The notes: a model not told the origin generated them from the letters alone. A stretch of DNA of 64,000 bases from an uncultured delta proteobacterium (GCA_963798485.1 CAWCTR010000016.1:14974-78973); one strand, 5' to 3'. Shown: positions 38,691-48,320, counted from the stretch's first letter. A program made the numbers and translations.

Positions 38691-39901
38691 AGTCTCTCTT
38701 TCACAAGATCCAAGATCTTGTGGGCCAGAACTTCTTTTCCCATGTGTTCGAAATCGTAGATCACACCCTCGGCAGAGAGGATAACGCCGCTGTTTGTGTC
38801 CGATGCAAACCCGGTGTTCATCTCTCCCACCCGGTTTGCCACAATCATGTCCAGCCCCTTCCTGATCATCTTGTCCTGTGCGTAGCTCTTGAGGTTTTCC
38901 GTCTCGGCGGCAAAACCGACAAATATTTTTGATTCCTTTAACGTACGTATTGTTGCAAGGATGTCCGGCGTTGATGCAAGCTCGATATGGGCTGACTTCT
39001 CCCCCTTCTTGATCTTGCTCTTGGAGTAGGTATGGGGGGTGTAGTCCGCCACTGCTGCAGCCATGATGAGTACATCCGCATCAGAGAGGTTCTCCTTGAC
39101 ACGCTCAAGCATCTCCTGGGCGGATCGGACATTGATCACCGTGGCCCATGGGGCATACTCCACCATCACAGGCCCGCTGATCACTTTCAGCTTTGCTCCC
39201 CGTGTACAGGCATCCTCAACAATGGCCGCCCCCATCTTGCCTGTGGACCTATTGGTTATAAAACGCACCGGATCGATGTCCTCGCATGTAGGGCCTGAGG
39301 TGATAAGGATGTTGATGCCTGCCAGGTCGTGCTGTGCAAGCAGAAGTTTAACCTCTTCGGTGATCCGAACGGGCTCCGGCAACCTCCCCGCCCCTTCCCA
39401 TCCGCACGCAAGCTCACCTGTTGATGGTTCAAGCACATGGATACCCCTGGCCTTGATGGCATCCAGATTATCCTGGGTTGCCCTGTTGGCAAGCATGTTC
39501 ACGTTCATGGACGGGCAGACAAGGACAGGCGCCTTTGTAGCCAGAACCGTACAGGTCAACAGGTCATCCGCAATGCCATGGGCGAGTTTTGCAATAAAGT
39601 TCGCTGTGGCAGGTGCGATAAGAAAAAGATCCGCCTTGTCGGCCAGCACGATATGCTCGATTTCATGGGATGTCCCGGAAACCTCGGCAAACATTTCCGT
39701 ATTCACGGGTCTGCCGCTTAGCGTCTGAAGGACAAGGGGAGTTACAAAGTGCCGGGCGGCTTCGGTCATCACCACGTGCACGTCCAGCCCAAGCCGCTTG
39801 AGACCGCGCACGATAAGCGGCGCCTTATAAGCCGCTATCCCTCCTGTTATTCCGAATACGACGGTCTTGCCCTCTATATCTTCTCCTGCGGCACCACCCA
39901 T
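38687..39901 (-). CDS. coaBC: Bifunctional phosphopantothenoylcysteine decarboxylase/ligase
   Basis: TGGIAAYK, PATAN, PSMN, LACG..G.GR, DPVRFITNRSTGKMG, AAVADY, GFAAET. Confidence 0.97.
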   Translation of the reverse strand: MGGAAGEDIEGKTVVFGITGGIAAYKAPLIVRGLKRLGLDVHVVMTEAARHFVTPLVLQTLSGRPVNTEMFAEVSGTSHEIEHIVLADKADLFLIAPATANFIAKLAHGIADDLLTCTVLATKAPVLVCPSMNVNMLANRATQDNLDAIKARGIHVLEPSTGELACGWEGAGRLPEPVRITEEVKLLLAQHDLAGINILITSGPTCEDIDPVRFITNRSTGKMGAAIVEDACTRGAKLKVISGPVMVEYAPWATVINVRSAQEMLERVKENLSDADVLIMAAAVADYTPHTYSKSKIKKGEKSAHIELASTPDILATIRTLKESKIFVGFAAETENLKSYAQDKMIRKGLDMIVANRVGEMNTGFASDTNSGVILSAEGVIYDFEHMGKEVLAHKILDLVKERL

Positions 39902-40290
39902 AGCTCCACCCTTGTAGCAAGAGGATTCTCTTCAATAAGTATTGAGGCAAACCTGTCCGGTTTCTTGAAGAAGAGTTTAACAGTCCCCTCGAATTTATAC
40001 TGGTTCAAGGACACCCAGCCTTCAGAGTTCATGGAGGTAATGAAAAACTGGGAAAGCGATTCCACCTCCACCCGGCCTGATACCACAAGTTTACCGAACC
40101 CATTCGTAATATTACATTCTTTGGCCACCCTCTCAAGCTCACCGGGGATCAGGATATCGGCAAAGTCGAGATACCTCGGCGACGGACGTGTCTCCTGTGA
40201 AGAAGACCCACCGGAAGCGGCGTTCTTTAACTGGGCGCAACCGGAGAGCATAAGCACTAAAACAAGACTTATCCAAACAGTTTTTCTCAT
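39874..40290 (-). CDS. Lipoprotein, hypothetical
   Basis: Lipobox LSGC after a hydrophobic signal; Y.DF.DILIP motif. Confidence 0.75.
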   Translation of the reverse strand: MRKTVWISLVLVLMLSGCAQLKNAASGGSSSQETRPSPRYLDFADILIPGELERVAKECNITNGFGKLVVSGRVEVESLSQFFITSMNSEGWVSLNQYKFEGTVKLFFKKPDRFASILIEENPLATRVELWVVPQEKI

Positions 40291-40301
40291 TGTTCTCCTC
40301 C

Positions 40302-40928
40302 CTAAAGGAATGGATTATATTTGCGCTCGGCCCCTACGGTAGTTGCAGGGCCGTGTCCGGGCAATACCTTCACCTCATCCCCTAAGGGCAACAGCTTGGT
40401 CTTGATGGAGGCGATCAACGTATGGTAATCCCCGCCGGGCAGGTCTGTCCTTCCGATGGAACCTGCAAAGAGGGTGTCTCCTGCAAAACAGATTTTTTTG
40501 TCCGAGGTGACAAGGGTAATGCCTCCCGGAGAATGCCCTGGGGTCTCAAGGACGCTCAAAGAAATACCATTGCCGAAAGAGATCTCTTCCCCTTCGCTTA
40601 AGAACCGGTCAGGGTCCGGTGGTTGTTCGATCCGGACCCCGAAGAGCCTGCCCATACGCGACGCTGCCTGTAACAGAGGCAATTCGTCTTTATGCATCAT
40701 GATCTGGGCGCCTGTTGCGTCCTTGATCTCCCTGATAGCCCCTATATGGTCTACATGGGCATGGGTGTTCACAACAGCAATAACCTTTAAACCCATGGCA
40801 TCAATCTGTTTCAATATCATTTCCGCTTCTCCGCCAGGGTCTATGACAACAGCCTGAAGCGTCTGTTCATCCCCAAGAATAAAACAGTTCGTCATGAATT
40901 CAGTAACCACTACCGTATTTAACAACAT
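40302..40928 (-). CDS. MBL-fold metallo-hydrolase (glyoxalase II-like)
   Basis: THAHVDHIG, TPGHSPG, GDTLF.GSIGRTD, PGHG. Confidence 0.93.
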   Translation of the reverse strand: MLLNTVVVTEFMTNCFILGDEQTLQAVVIDPGGEAEMILKQIDAMGLKVIAVVNTHAHVDHIGAIREIKDATGAQIMMHKDELPLLQAASRMGRLFGVRIEQPPDPDRFLSEGEEISFGNGISLSVLETPGHSPGGITLVTSDKKICFAGDTLFAGSIGRTDLPGGDYHTLIASIKTKLLPLGDEVKVLPGHGPATTVGAERKYNPFL

Positions 40929-41055
40929 CTACTTCCCCCGGCCCTTTAAAGCCTGAATTCCTCCAGAAAACCTATCAAATCTTCAACACCCTTATACAAT
41001 AGTATACCAGCCAGCTTAGGTCAACTGCCATAACCCTTTCCTTTGTGAATATTTG

Positions 41056-41081
41056 AGGGTGTATATATAGGGTGTATATAT
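41056..41081. repeat. 13-bp perfect tandem repeat in a divergent promoter region
   Basis: AGGGTGTATATAT x2. Confidence 0.7.
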
Positions 41082-41126
41082 ATAGAGGTAAAGTTTTCAG
41101 CACGCAAATCCGATTACAATACTGTT

Positions 41127-42518
41127 ATGGCACACATCCTCATTGTAGAAGACGACATCAATCTGGGACAGGTTATTTTCCAGGAACTTAAACGACACAA
41201 CCACGAGGTTGAACTCGTGGAAAATGCCGAAGCGGCCCTCGTTCGTTTGGGAAAATATATCTATGACCTCATGCTCACCGATCTCAAGCTGCCGGGTATT
41301 GACGGTATAGAGCTCCTCAAGCGGGTCAAGGCTACCAACCCCACCACCATTGTGCTCGTGATGACCGGATATGCCTCGGTAGACACTGCGGTTGTTGCCA
41401 TGAAAAACGGGGCCCAGGATTTTATCCAGAAGCCCTTCGGCCTGCACGAACTCGTGCAAAAAATCGATGACGCCCTGGCTATCAAGCGGATGAAAAACGA
41501 GATCGACTACCTCAGGCATGCCCAGGGAGACCTCATCTATCGCACTGCCGACATTGTCGGGGTAAGCACTGCCCTCAAGAAGGTGCTCAAACTGGTTGAA
41601 AAGGTGGCAAAGGCCGATTCCACCATGCTCGTCACCGGTGAGACAGGTGTAGGGAAAGGACTCATTGCAGGGGCCATTCACCATAACTCAAGCCGGAGTG
41701 GGAATAATTTTGTTCAGGTTAACTGTGCAGCCCTACCTCAGAATATCCTCGAAAGCGAGCTCTTCGGGCACGAAAAGGGCGCCTTCACCGGGGCCATACG
41801 AATGAGGGTAGGCAGGGTGGAGCAGGCAAACATGGGGACAATCTTCCTCGACGAGATCGGCGATATGGATCTGGGCCTGCAATCCAAGATATTACGGGTC
41901 CTGGAAGAGAGAGAATTTGAGAGGGTCGGGGGGGAAAAAACCATAAAGGTGGATGTCCGGGTAATCACAGCAACCAACCAGGACCTGCACTCCCTTGTTG
42001 AACAGGGGAAATTCCGCGAGGACCTGTATTACCGGATCAATGTAGTCAATATCCACATCCCGCCCATCCGCCAACGCAAGGAGGACATAGAGCCTCTGGT
42101 AACCTACTTCATCAGCAAGTATTGCAGGGAATTCAACAAACCCCAGATGGATATCGACCCTCAAGCATTGGCCGCCATTACCGAGTATGACTGGCCGGGA
42201 AATGTCAGAGAGATCAGGAATTGCATCGAACGGGCCGTACTGCTTGCCGAGGGTGAAACGATCAGGCATCAGGACATTTCCATTCTGCATCCGGGATCGA
42301 TCCAAACCGCCCCTGTACATGACGGCGGCAATGGGGACCAGAAAAGGTCCATGTCAACCCTGGCGCTATCGGAACGTGATATGATCCTGGAAGCGCTCAG
42401 GAAAAACGACTGGATACAGAAAGAAGCAGCGAGCTCGCTGGGGATCAGCAAGAGGGTGATCCATTATAAGATCAGGAAATACGGCATTACACACCCCAGG
42501 TGGATCAAGAACCGATAA
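41127..42518 (+). CDS. Sigma54-dependent NtrC-family response regulator
   Basis: REC (DLKLP), GETGVGK, ESELFGHEKGAFTGA, FREDLYYR, WPGNVRE, Fis-type HTH. Confidence 0.95.
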   Translation: MAHILIVEDDINLGQVIFQELKRHNHEVELVENAEAALVRLGKYIYDLMLTDLKLPGIDGIELLKRVKATNPTTIVLVMTGYASVDTAVVAMKNGAQDFIQKPFGLHELVQKIDDALAIKRMKNEIDYLRHAQGDLIYRTADIVGVSTALKKVLKLVEKVAKADSTMLVTGETGVGKGLIAGAIHHNSSRSGNNFVQVNCAALPQNILESELFGHEKGAFTGAIRMRVGRVEQANMGTIFLDEIGDMDLGLQSKILRVLEEREFERVGGEKTIKVDVRVITATNQDLHSLVEQGKFREDLYYRINVVNIHIPPIRQRKEDIEPLVTYFISKYCREFNKPQMDIDPQALAAITEYDWPGNVREIRNCIERAVLLAEGETIRHQDISILHPGSIQTAPVHDGGNGDQKRSMSTLALSERDMILEALRKNDWIQKEAASSLGISKRVIHYKIRKYGITHPRWIKNR

Positions 42519-44361
42519 GATCCACGTAAAGGGATGCAACGTCTGGATCCAGCGTCCTGCCCGACATGGCACACAGCTCTCTCAGCGCCTCTTCATGCCT
42601 TATCTGCGCCCGGTAGAGCCTTGGTGTGGTCATTGCATTATATGTATCCACCACCCTCATGGCCCGGGCGGCCAGTGGAATATCCTCCCCTTTGAGTCCC
42701 CGCGGAAAACCGCTGCCGTCGAAATTCTCATGGTGATATATCAGCAGGTCCTCATCAATATTGAGGACAGTCACGTCCTTGAGGATGCGCGAGGTAATAA
42801 TGGGGTGGCTGTCAAGCTTCTTTTTATCAAAGGGGGTAAGGTCGCCTTTTATAAACAGGGTTGTCGGTATGCCAAGGTATCCGATATTGGCAGCCAGAGA
42901 AGAATTGGCCCACTGATTCGCGATTCTGTCTCCTACCCCCATCTCCTTGGCAAGTGAAAAGATCTGGTCGGCGACCTTCAGAGAGAACCCCATGGGGTAT
43001 CCTGCACGTAGGTCGCATATGATTGATGCCGTGTTTAAGATGCCCATATACCAGTTCTGGATATCCGTATCAAAACCTGTGGCAACAGCCCAGGCAGGGG
43101 TAATAAATGTGGTGATCCACTCGAAGATGTCCTGGGGCAATCCTTCCTGGTGAAGGTACCCAAGCTCATTGCCCTCCCAGGCTACAGGTATCCCCGGGGC
43201 TTCATGCCGGAGGGACACCTCGTCTGCCTGGCACTGGATCTTGATAAGGTTCAACAGCTCATCAAGCGCCTTCAGGGATGGCCCTGATTGGAGGAGCTTC
43301 TTCATACGGAGCTCCAGCGAGATATTCACCTGCTTCATGGCCCCGGCCTGTGAAAAAGTGGCTACATGGGTCCCTTTCTTTTTTGCATGGGACAAGGCCT
43401 GGTGTACGACATTAATAATCCCTTTTGCATCCTGGGCTTCATCGGGCAGGGTTGCCACCCCTATGGTCATGGTATCTGCAAGATCCGCCCCGAGACTCAG
43501 GGTGGCCTTATGCAAGACACTGACTGCATCTCGCGCTGTGCAACCGGGCAAGATCACAAAGAAGCTGAGTTCTTCGTACCTTAATACCTTGTCATAGCAA
43601 CGAAGCCCCTCCTGTATCCTCTTGGCTAATATCTTGAGGGTCCTTACGCCTTCGGGAAGATGCTGATACAGACCGAATTTGTCTCTATTTTCTATCTCAA
43701 TGATCGCAACGCTTAACGGAAAGCTGAGTCTCTTGGAAAGCTCCTCGTATTGATGCAGGATATCCAGGAGGATATGCCTCTGGGGGATATCAATACGGAC
43801 ATCCAGCGCATCATCGAACTCCTTTTCAGGGGCCATGACTTTCTTAAGCACCTTCTCCGAACTCAGCAGGAGGTGCTTGGTCAGGATGAGATCATTCATG
43901 CAAAAAGGGCTTTTACCTTTCCTGAAAAGCTCTACGCACCCGATGATCTTGGTATCCTTGTAGATAGGAAGCCCGATCATGGATGTACAACTGATGGGAA
44001 GCTCATCGTTGCTGAGCCCTGCCCGGGACATTTCCGGGACGAGAATGGGCCTTGCCATCTCCCGGATGGCATTGGTAAAGATGTCACCCTTTTCGATATT
44101 GCCGGGGATCTCCCCCTGTAATCCCCGGCAGAACCAGGCATCCTGCGGTTCCCAAAGGTAGACAAAGGCAACATCATAAGGGGTAATATGGCCTATGTAA
44201 TTGAGGAAAAGGTCCGATATCTTCTCGATCCTTACCTCCACATCGGACAAGAGTGAAACCTGGAAAAGCAAAGGGATTATACTTGCATTATTTTTTATGA
44301 ATTCAGGTGAGAGTTCAAGTGTTTGATCAACAATATATTCATTCAATCTATCAGGCCACAT
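42505..44361 (-). CDS. GAF + degenerate GGDEF + degenerate HD-GYP protein
   Basis: RCYD..RYEELSF in place of RxxD..RxGGDEF; AANIGY in place of LHDIGK; HHENFDGSGFP...IPLAAR. Confidence 0.85.
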   Translation of the reverse strand: MWPDRLNEYIVDQTLELSPEFIKNNASIIPLLFQVSLLSDVEVRIEKISDLFLNYIGHITPYDVAFVYLWEPQDAWFCRGLQGEIPGNIEKGDIFTNAIREMARPILVPEMSRAGLSNDELPISCTSMIGLPIYKDTKIIGCVELFRKGKSPFCMNDLILTKHLLLSSEKVLKKVMAPEKEFDDALDVRIDIPQRHILLDILHQYEELSKRLSFPLSVAIIEIENRDKFGLYQHLPEGVRTLKILAKRIQEGLRCYDKVLRYEELSFFVILPGCTARDAVSVLHKATLSLGADLADTMTIGVATLPDEAQDAKGIINVVHQALSHAKKKGTHVATFSQAGAMKQVNISLELRMKKLLQSGPSLKALDELLNLIKIQCQADEVSLRHEAPGIPVAWEGNELGYLHQEGLPQDIFEWITTFITPAWAVATGFDTDIQNWYMGILNTASIICDLRAGYPMGFSLKVADQIFSLAKEMGVGDRIANQWANSSLAANIGYLGIPTTLFIKGDLTPFDKKKLDSHPIITSRILKDVTVLNIDEDLLIYHHENFDGSGFPRGLKGEDIPLAARAMRVVDTYNAMTTPRLYRAQIRHEEALRELCAMSGRTLDPDVASLYVDLIGS

Positions 44362-44423
44362 AGTAATTCCCGTCTTCTCCCCAAAATTGTATTATAACAA
44401 TAAGTTAGATATACCCAGGGGCT

Positions 44424-44549
44424 TTATATACGAGTCTGTTGCGTATACCAGTATGATTCGAACTCTCGACAGGCCTTTTTCAGATCACGCAAGGTCCTGA
44501 TGCCCAACCTTCCGAGCTGTTCGAGAATCTCTCTCCTGGTAAGCCACAC
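44424..44549 (-). CDS. Small hypothetical protein (41 aa); not in ORF track
   Basis: GTG start 8 nt after GGGGGG; MWLTRREILEQLGRLGIRTLRDLKKACREFESYWYTQQTRI; immediately downstream of a sigma54 promoter. Confidence 0.55.
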   Translation of the reverse strand: MWLTRREILEQLGRLGIRTLRDLKKACREFESYWYTQQTRI

Positions 44550-44592
44550 GATGAAGACCCCCCATGCCTTTCTTTATCTTCCCAATAATAGG

Positions 44593-44608
44593 TGCAAACA
44601 TGGTGCCA
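44593..44608 (-). promoter_or_regulatory. Sigma54 (-24/-12) promoter
   Basis: TGGCAC-CATGT-TTGCA, exact consensus, with an AT-rich upstream region. Confidence 0.8.
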
Positions 44609-44779
44609 CAGGTCAAATATAACGCATCATATTGATATTATAACTGTTAAATTACTTTTGGCCTTCTGAGGATTGATTCACTAATAGAACTTTTCTTACT
44701 CTTTATAAGAAATAAATTTCATACCGCGAACACATTGTGCTGTCATAAGAAATCAATATCCGCAAGTATATAGGTCTGA

Positions 44780-46321
44780 TCAGGCTGTTTTTTGTCTATC
44801 AGGAAAGCCTCTCATACCCATAGCCCACAGTGAACCAAAATACATCCCGCAACCCAACACTATCGATGAAAAAAGCAGCAAGCAGGATTTCAGGGTCATG
44901 CCTGCATTCCAGATATTCATGCGGGCAAAAGGGACCAACACAAGGCCCATTATGACAGCGGCCGCAAACATCTTGCCAAACTGTCGCACATGCTCCTCCG
45001 GGATATGGATTCCAGAACCTGTAAGATATTTGTGCTGAATAAGGACCTGGGCAAAGACCGAAATACTGCTGGCAAGGGCGATCCCGGCATGCTTCATAAA
45101 GGGCATGAGGATGAGACAGAATATCAAGTTCACCACCAAGCTCATCCAAGAGATATTCACTACTGCCTTGGCCTTTTGCATGGCGTAGAGCGCCTGAGTC
45201 TGTATCCGCGTATATCCTACGGCCCAGAGACTTAGGGCATACATCTGCAGGGCATAAGCCGATGCAAGGGCATCGCTTAGGGTAAAGGCGCCACGCAGGA
45301 AGAGGACAGCGAAGATAGGCCTTGCCAGGACGAGAGAGCCGACAGTGGCCGGGATTGTAAAGAGAAGGACCGCCAGAAGCCCCCTTCCCATGAGAAAAGA
45401 GAACCGCTCCGTATCCAGCCGCGCAGAGGCCGAGCTCATGGCGGGCAGCATCACATTGCCCACGGCAAAGGCGAAGATCCCTAAAGGCAGCTCCAGAATC
45501 CTGTTTGAATAGTAAAGATAAGAAACGCTTCCCTGGGGAAGCAGCGAGGCAAGCAAGGTCCCGATGAGCACATTGACCTGATATATGGAGGCCCCGATAG
45601 CCGCCACACCTAGGAGGCGGATCACTTGCCTCACCCTCGGTGAATTGAAGTGGGATGCAAATGCCAGGGGAACACGTCTTTTCAGCAATGGGGGTATCTG
45701 GATCAGGATCTGCGCGATACCCCCGGTGATCACCCCCCACGCCAACGCATCTGCAGGCGAAGAGAATAGGGGATATGCCACATAACAGAGCAAAGGCACC
45801 CCGATCATAAAGAGGTTCATGAGGATCGGTGCGGCGGCAGGTGCTGCAAAATGTCCCAACGAGTTGAGGATACCCATGAAGAGTACGGCCACACCTATAA
45901 GGAGTATGTAGGGAAACATGATCCGGTTAAGGTGAACCGTGGTGTCGAAGACTCCGCTATGGAGAAACCCCGGAGCCATGACTGCAACAAGGGCGGGTGA
46001 GGCGATCTCGCCGATGATCACCACTACCACCAGGCTGTAGAACATCAGCGTCATGATCTGTTGGGCCATGAGGTAGGCCCGCTCGAGTCCCTCACGCTCC
46101 TTGACCTCGCTGAACACAGGGACGAACGCCACGCTGACAGCGCCTTCGGCCATGAATCGCCTGAGAAGGTTGGGAATCCTGTTCGCAACGACAAAGGCAT
46201 CGGCGAGGAGGCCTGCCCCGAGGAGCCAGGCCATTATCATATCACGGATAAAACCGAGAATTCGACTGATTGCGGTGAGCCCACCGACAGTGGCGACGTT
46301 CTTCTTGAAGCCGTCCCTCAT
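44780..46321 (-). CDS. murJ: Lipid II flippase MurJ
   Basis: SRILGFIRD, DAF..A.RIPN.LRR..AEGA, R..ELPLG; polytopic membrane protein. Confidence 0.95.
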   Translation of the reverse strand: MRDGFKKNVATVGGLTAISRILGFIRDMIMAWLLGAGLLADAFVVANRIPNLLRRFMAEGAVSVAFVPVFSEVKEREGLERAYLMAQQIMTLMFYSLVVVVIIGEIASPALVAVMAPGFLHSGVFDTTVHLNRIMFPYILLIGVAVLFMGILNSLGHFAAPAAAPILMNLFMIGVPLLCYVAYPLFSSPADALAWGVITGGIAQILIQIPPLLKRRVPLAFASHFNSPRVRQVIRLLGVAAIGASIYQVNVLIGTLLASLLPQGSVSYLYYSNRILELPLGIFAFAVGNVMLPAMSSASARLDTERFSFLMGRGLLAVLLFTIPATVGSLVLARPIFAVLFLRGAFTLSDALASAYALQMYALSLWAVGYTRIQTQALYAMQKAKAVVNISWMSLVVNLIFCLILMPFMKHAGIALASSISVFAQVLIQHKYLTGSGIHIPEEHVRQFGKMFAAAVIMGLVLVPFARMNIWNAGMTLKSCLLLFSSIVLGCGMYFGSLWAMGMRGFPDRQKTA

Positions 46322-46356
46322 GTCAGTGGGCTTTACCCAGTGCGGGGGTGGCCGTA

Positions 46357-47064
46357 CTAATCCCTCACGACCTTTGCCTTGATACGGGCATCCTTGGCCT
46401 TGATAGTCTCCTGATCAGTCTCGACATGTAATGTCCCGAAAAAGAAATCAGTAGGCAGGCCTGCCTGAAAACGCACCTCCACGGATATGGACTTTTCAGG
46501 CTCGAGTTTCACCTTGCCCTGATGGGAAACCGAGAGCACGGTTGAAGGGTTTGCGGATATGGAGGTTATGGTTAGGGGCTCTTTCCCCTTGTTTGTAATG
46601 GTAAACATCTTTTTATTCATAGAGCCTGTTTTCACCGTCCCGAAATTGAAATCCATAGGTGTTACGGAGAGGATCTCCACAATTTTGACCTTCATGGTCA
46701 ACCTGAGAACCGGCATGGAGGGATCATTGGTTTCAACCTCGATGTTTTTCGTATAGTCCCCTTTAATATAATGGGTTGCTATGTTCACCACAAGCTTCTG
46801 GGTCTTGCCCGGCTCAATCTCCTGCCCACCCGGGGCAGTTACCGTGGCGCCTCAACAAGGTTTGGGCTTGAAGGTAAGCTTCTGATCTCCTATGTTCTTA
46901 AACACGAATTCGTGTGAAAAATCCTTACCCTCAGATAGTGCCCCTGCATCATAGACCGCCTGGTCAACCTGTATCTTGGCAGATGCATGGCATGAAGCCG
47001 CTGCAATAAGGGAAAGGGCCAAACAAACCATGATCAGGCCTGTAATCCTCAAGGAATTAATCAT
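46357..47064 (-). CDS. Exported DUF1573-like Ig-fold protein with in-frame UGA (candidate selenoprotein, 235 aa, Sec71)
   Basis: ORFs 46852-47094 and 46357-46791 are in the same frame, separated only by TGA 46852-46854: FKPKPC-U-GATVTAPGGQEIEPGK; GGAGG RBS before ATG 47064. Confidence 0.75.
46822..46838 (-). promoter_or_regulatory. Candidate bacterial SECIS hairpin
   Basis: CUGCCC-CGGGU-GGGCAG stem-loop starting 13 nt 3' of the UGA; G-containing apical loop. Confidence 0.6.
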
Positions 47065-47180
47065 ATAACCACCTCCGGTAATCATGGCTAACATAAATTT
47101 TTCCTGTTTGCCACTGGGTTTTCAAGACCATTTTGGGTTAGTGTGTTGACTTTTCATACTTCAGAGAATACATCTAAGCC

Positions 47181-48320
47181 ATGCGTGGAAAACTGGAACA
47201 TCCAAGAGGGCTCATAGAGCTCCTTTCCGTAGAAGTGGAGCGAATCGATAATGAGTATCGAGAGCTGTGGCTGAGTTTTGAATATACCTGCCCGGGCGGC
47301 GAGTATAAATCGGCCATGGTGCTGCCTATCTCCAACTCCAAAGAGATGGTGAACTTCTTTTTCAAAGAGCTTATCAGCGAGGCCAAACACCTCTCTGAGA
47401 TTGAAAAAAACGAGGCCTTGAACGTCGGACTCTTTGTGGCCAACAAGACCGACACCATGCTGCCCATTAAAAACCTGTGCCAGCGGGTGATAGATGTTCT
47501 CAATATCGCCGAAGACCTTCATGAGAACCGCGAGTTCATTGACCTGTGCACCTCTGGGTTCCACTTCAAGGATGGAGCTAACAGTTTGAGCGCCAAGGGT
47601 TTTGAGGAGCGCTTCAAGATATTCATGGGCCGCGCCACGGACAAGATGTCACAAGGCTACTATACCATAGCGGCCGATGACCTGGAAAAGGCGAACATCC
47701 TGTGCGCTACCAGCCCATTCATAACCAAACTCATAGGCATCTGCCACCGCGAACTGGGCCATCTCGATCTTGCTTTGGAGATGTTTACAAGGGCAATGGA
47801 ACTCGGCGATAAGGAAAAGGATACCTATCTTTATCTCTCTGAGATCCACTTCTTCCTCAACGATATGGAGCATGCATATGATATCCTTGAAAAGATGCTC
47901 GAAGAACACCCCGGCGATATAAGGGCCCTTGTGGAACTCGCCAATATTAAATATCAGATGGACGAGGAATACACCACCTATCTTGACAGGGCTTATGCCA
48001 TCGAACCGGAGCAGACCCAGAAGACAATCCTCCAGACCTTTGTGTTCAAGAAGGTGGGCGGAGGCAAGAAGGCCCGCATGTCCATCGTTGAGGCCTCAAG
48101 GCTTTTAGACATACCCGAGCACAGTATCAGACAGCTTGCCGGCAGCAACCGCATACCCGTCAGGGCATTCCCGGACAATGACGAGCTGGTGCTTGATGAG
48201 AATGAGCTCAAATCGTGGGCCTACGTTTACAGGAGATACAAGCTGCTGCAGGATGAGATCGAGAGAGTTAGTACTCACCCGCCAGGGGAGAAAAATCAAG
48301 GCGTGGCTCTACTTTCCTGA
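47181..48320 (+). CDS. TPR protein with C-terminal excisionase/MerR-like HTH
   Basis: Central TPRs; MSIVEASRLLDIPEHSIRQLAGSNRIP...LKSW matches the HTH_17-like pattern. Confidence 0.7.
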   Translation: MRGKLEHPRGLIELLSVEVERIDNEYRELWLSFEYTCPGGEYKSAMVLPISNSKEMVNFFFKELISEAKHLSEIEKNEALNVGLFVANKTDTMLPIKNLCQRVIDVLNIAEDLHENREFIDLCTSGFHFKDGANSLSAKGFEERFKIFMGRATDKMSQGYYTIAADDLEKANILCATSPFITKLIGICHRELGHLDLALEMFTRAMELGDKEKDTYLYLSEIHFFLNDMEHAYDILEKMLEEHPGDIRALVELANIKYQMDEEYTTYLDRAYAIEPEQTQKTILQTFVFKKVGGGKKARMSIVEASRLLDIPEHSIRQLAGSNRIPVRAFPDNDELVLDENELKSWAYVYRRYKLLQDEIERVSTHPPGEKNQGVALLS

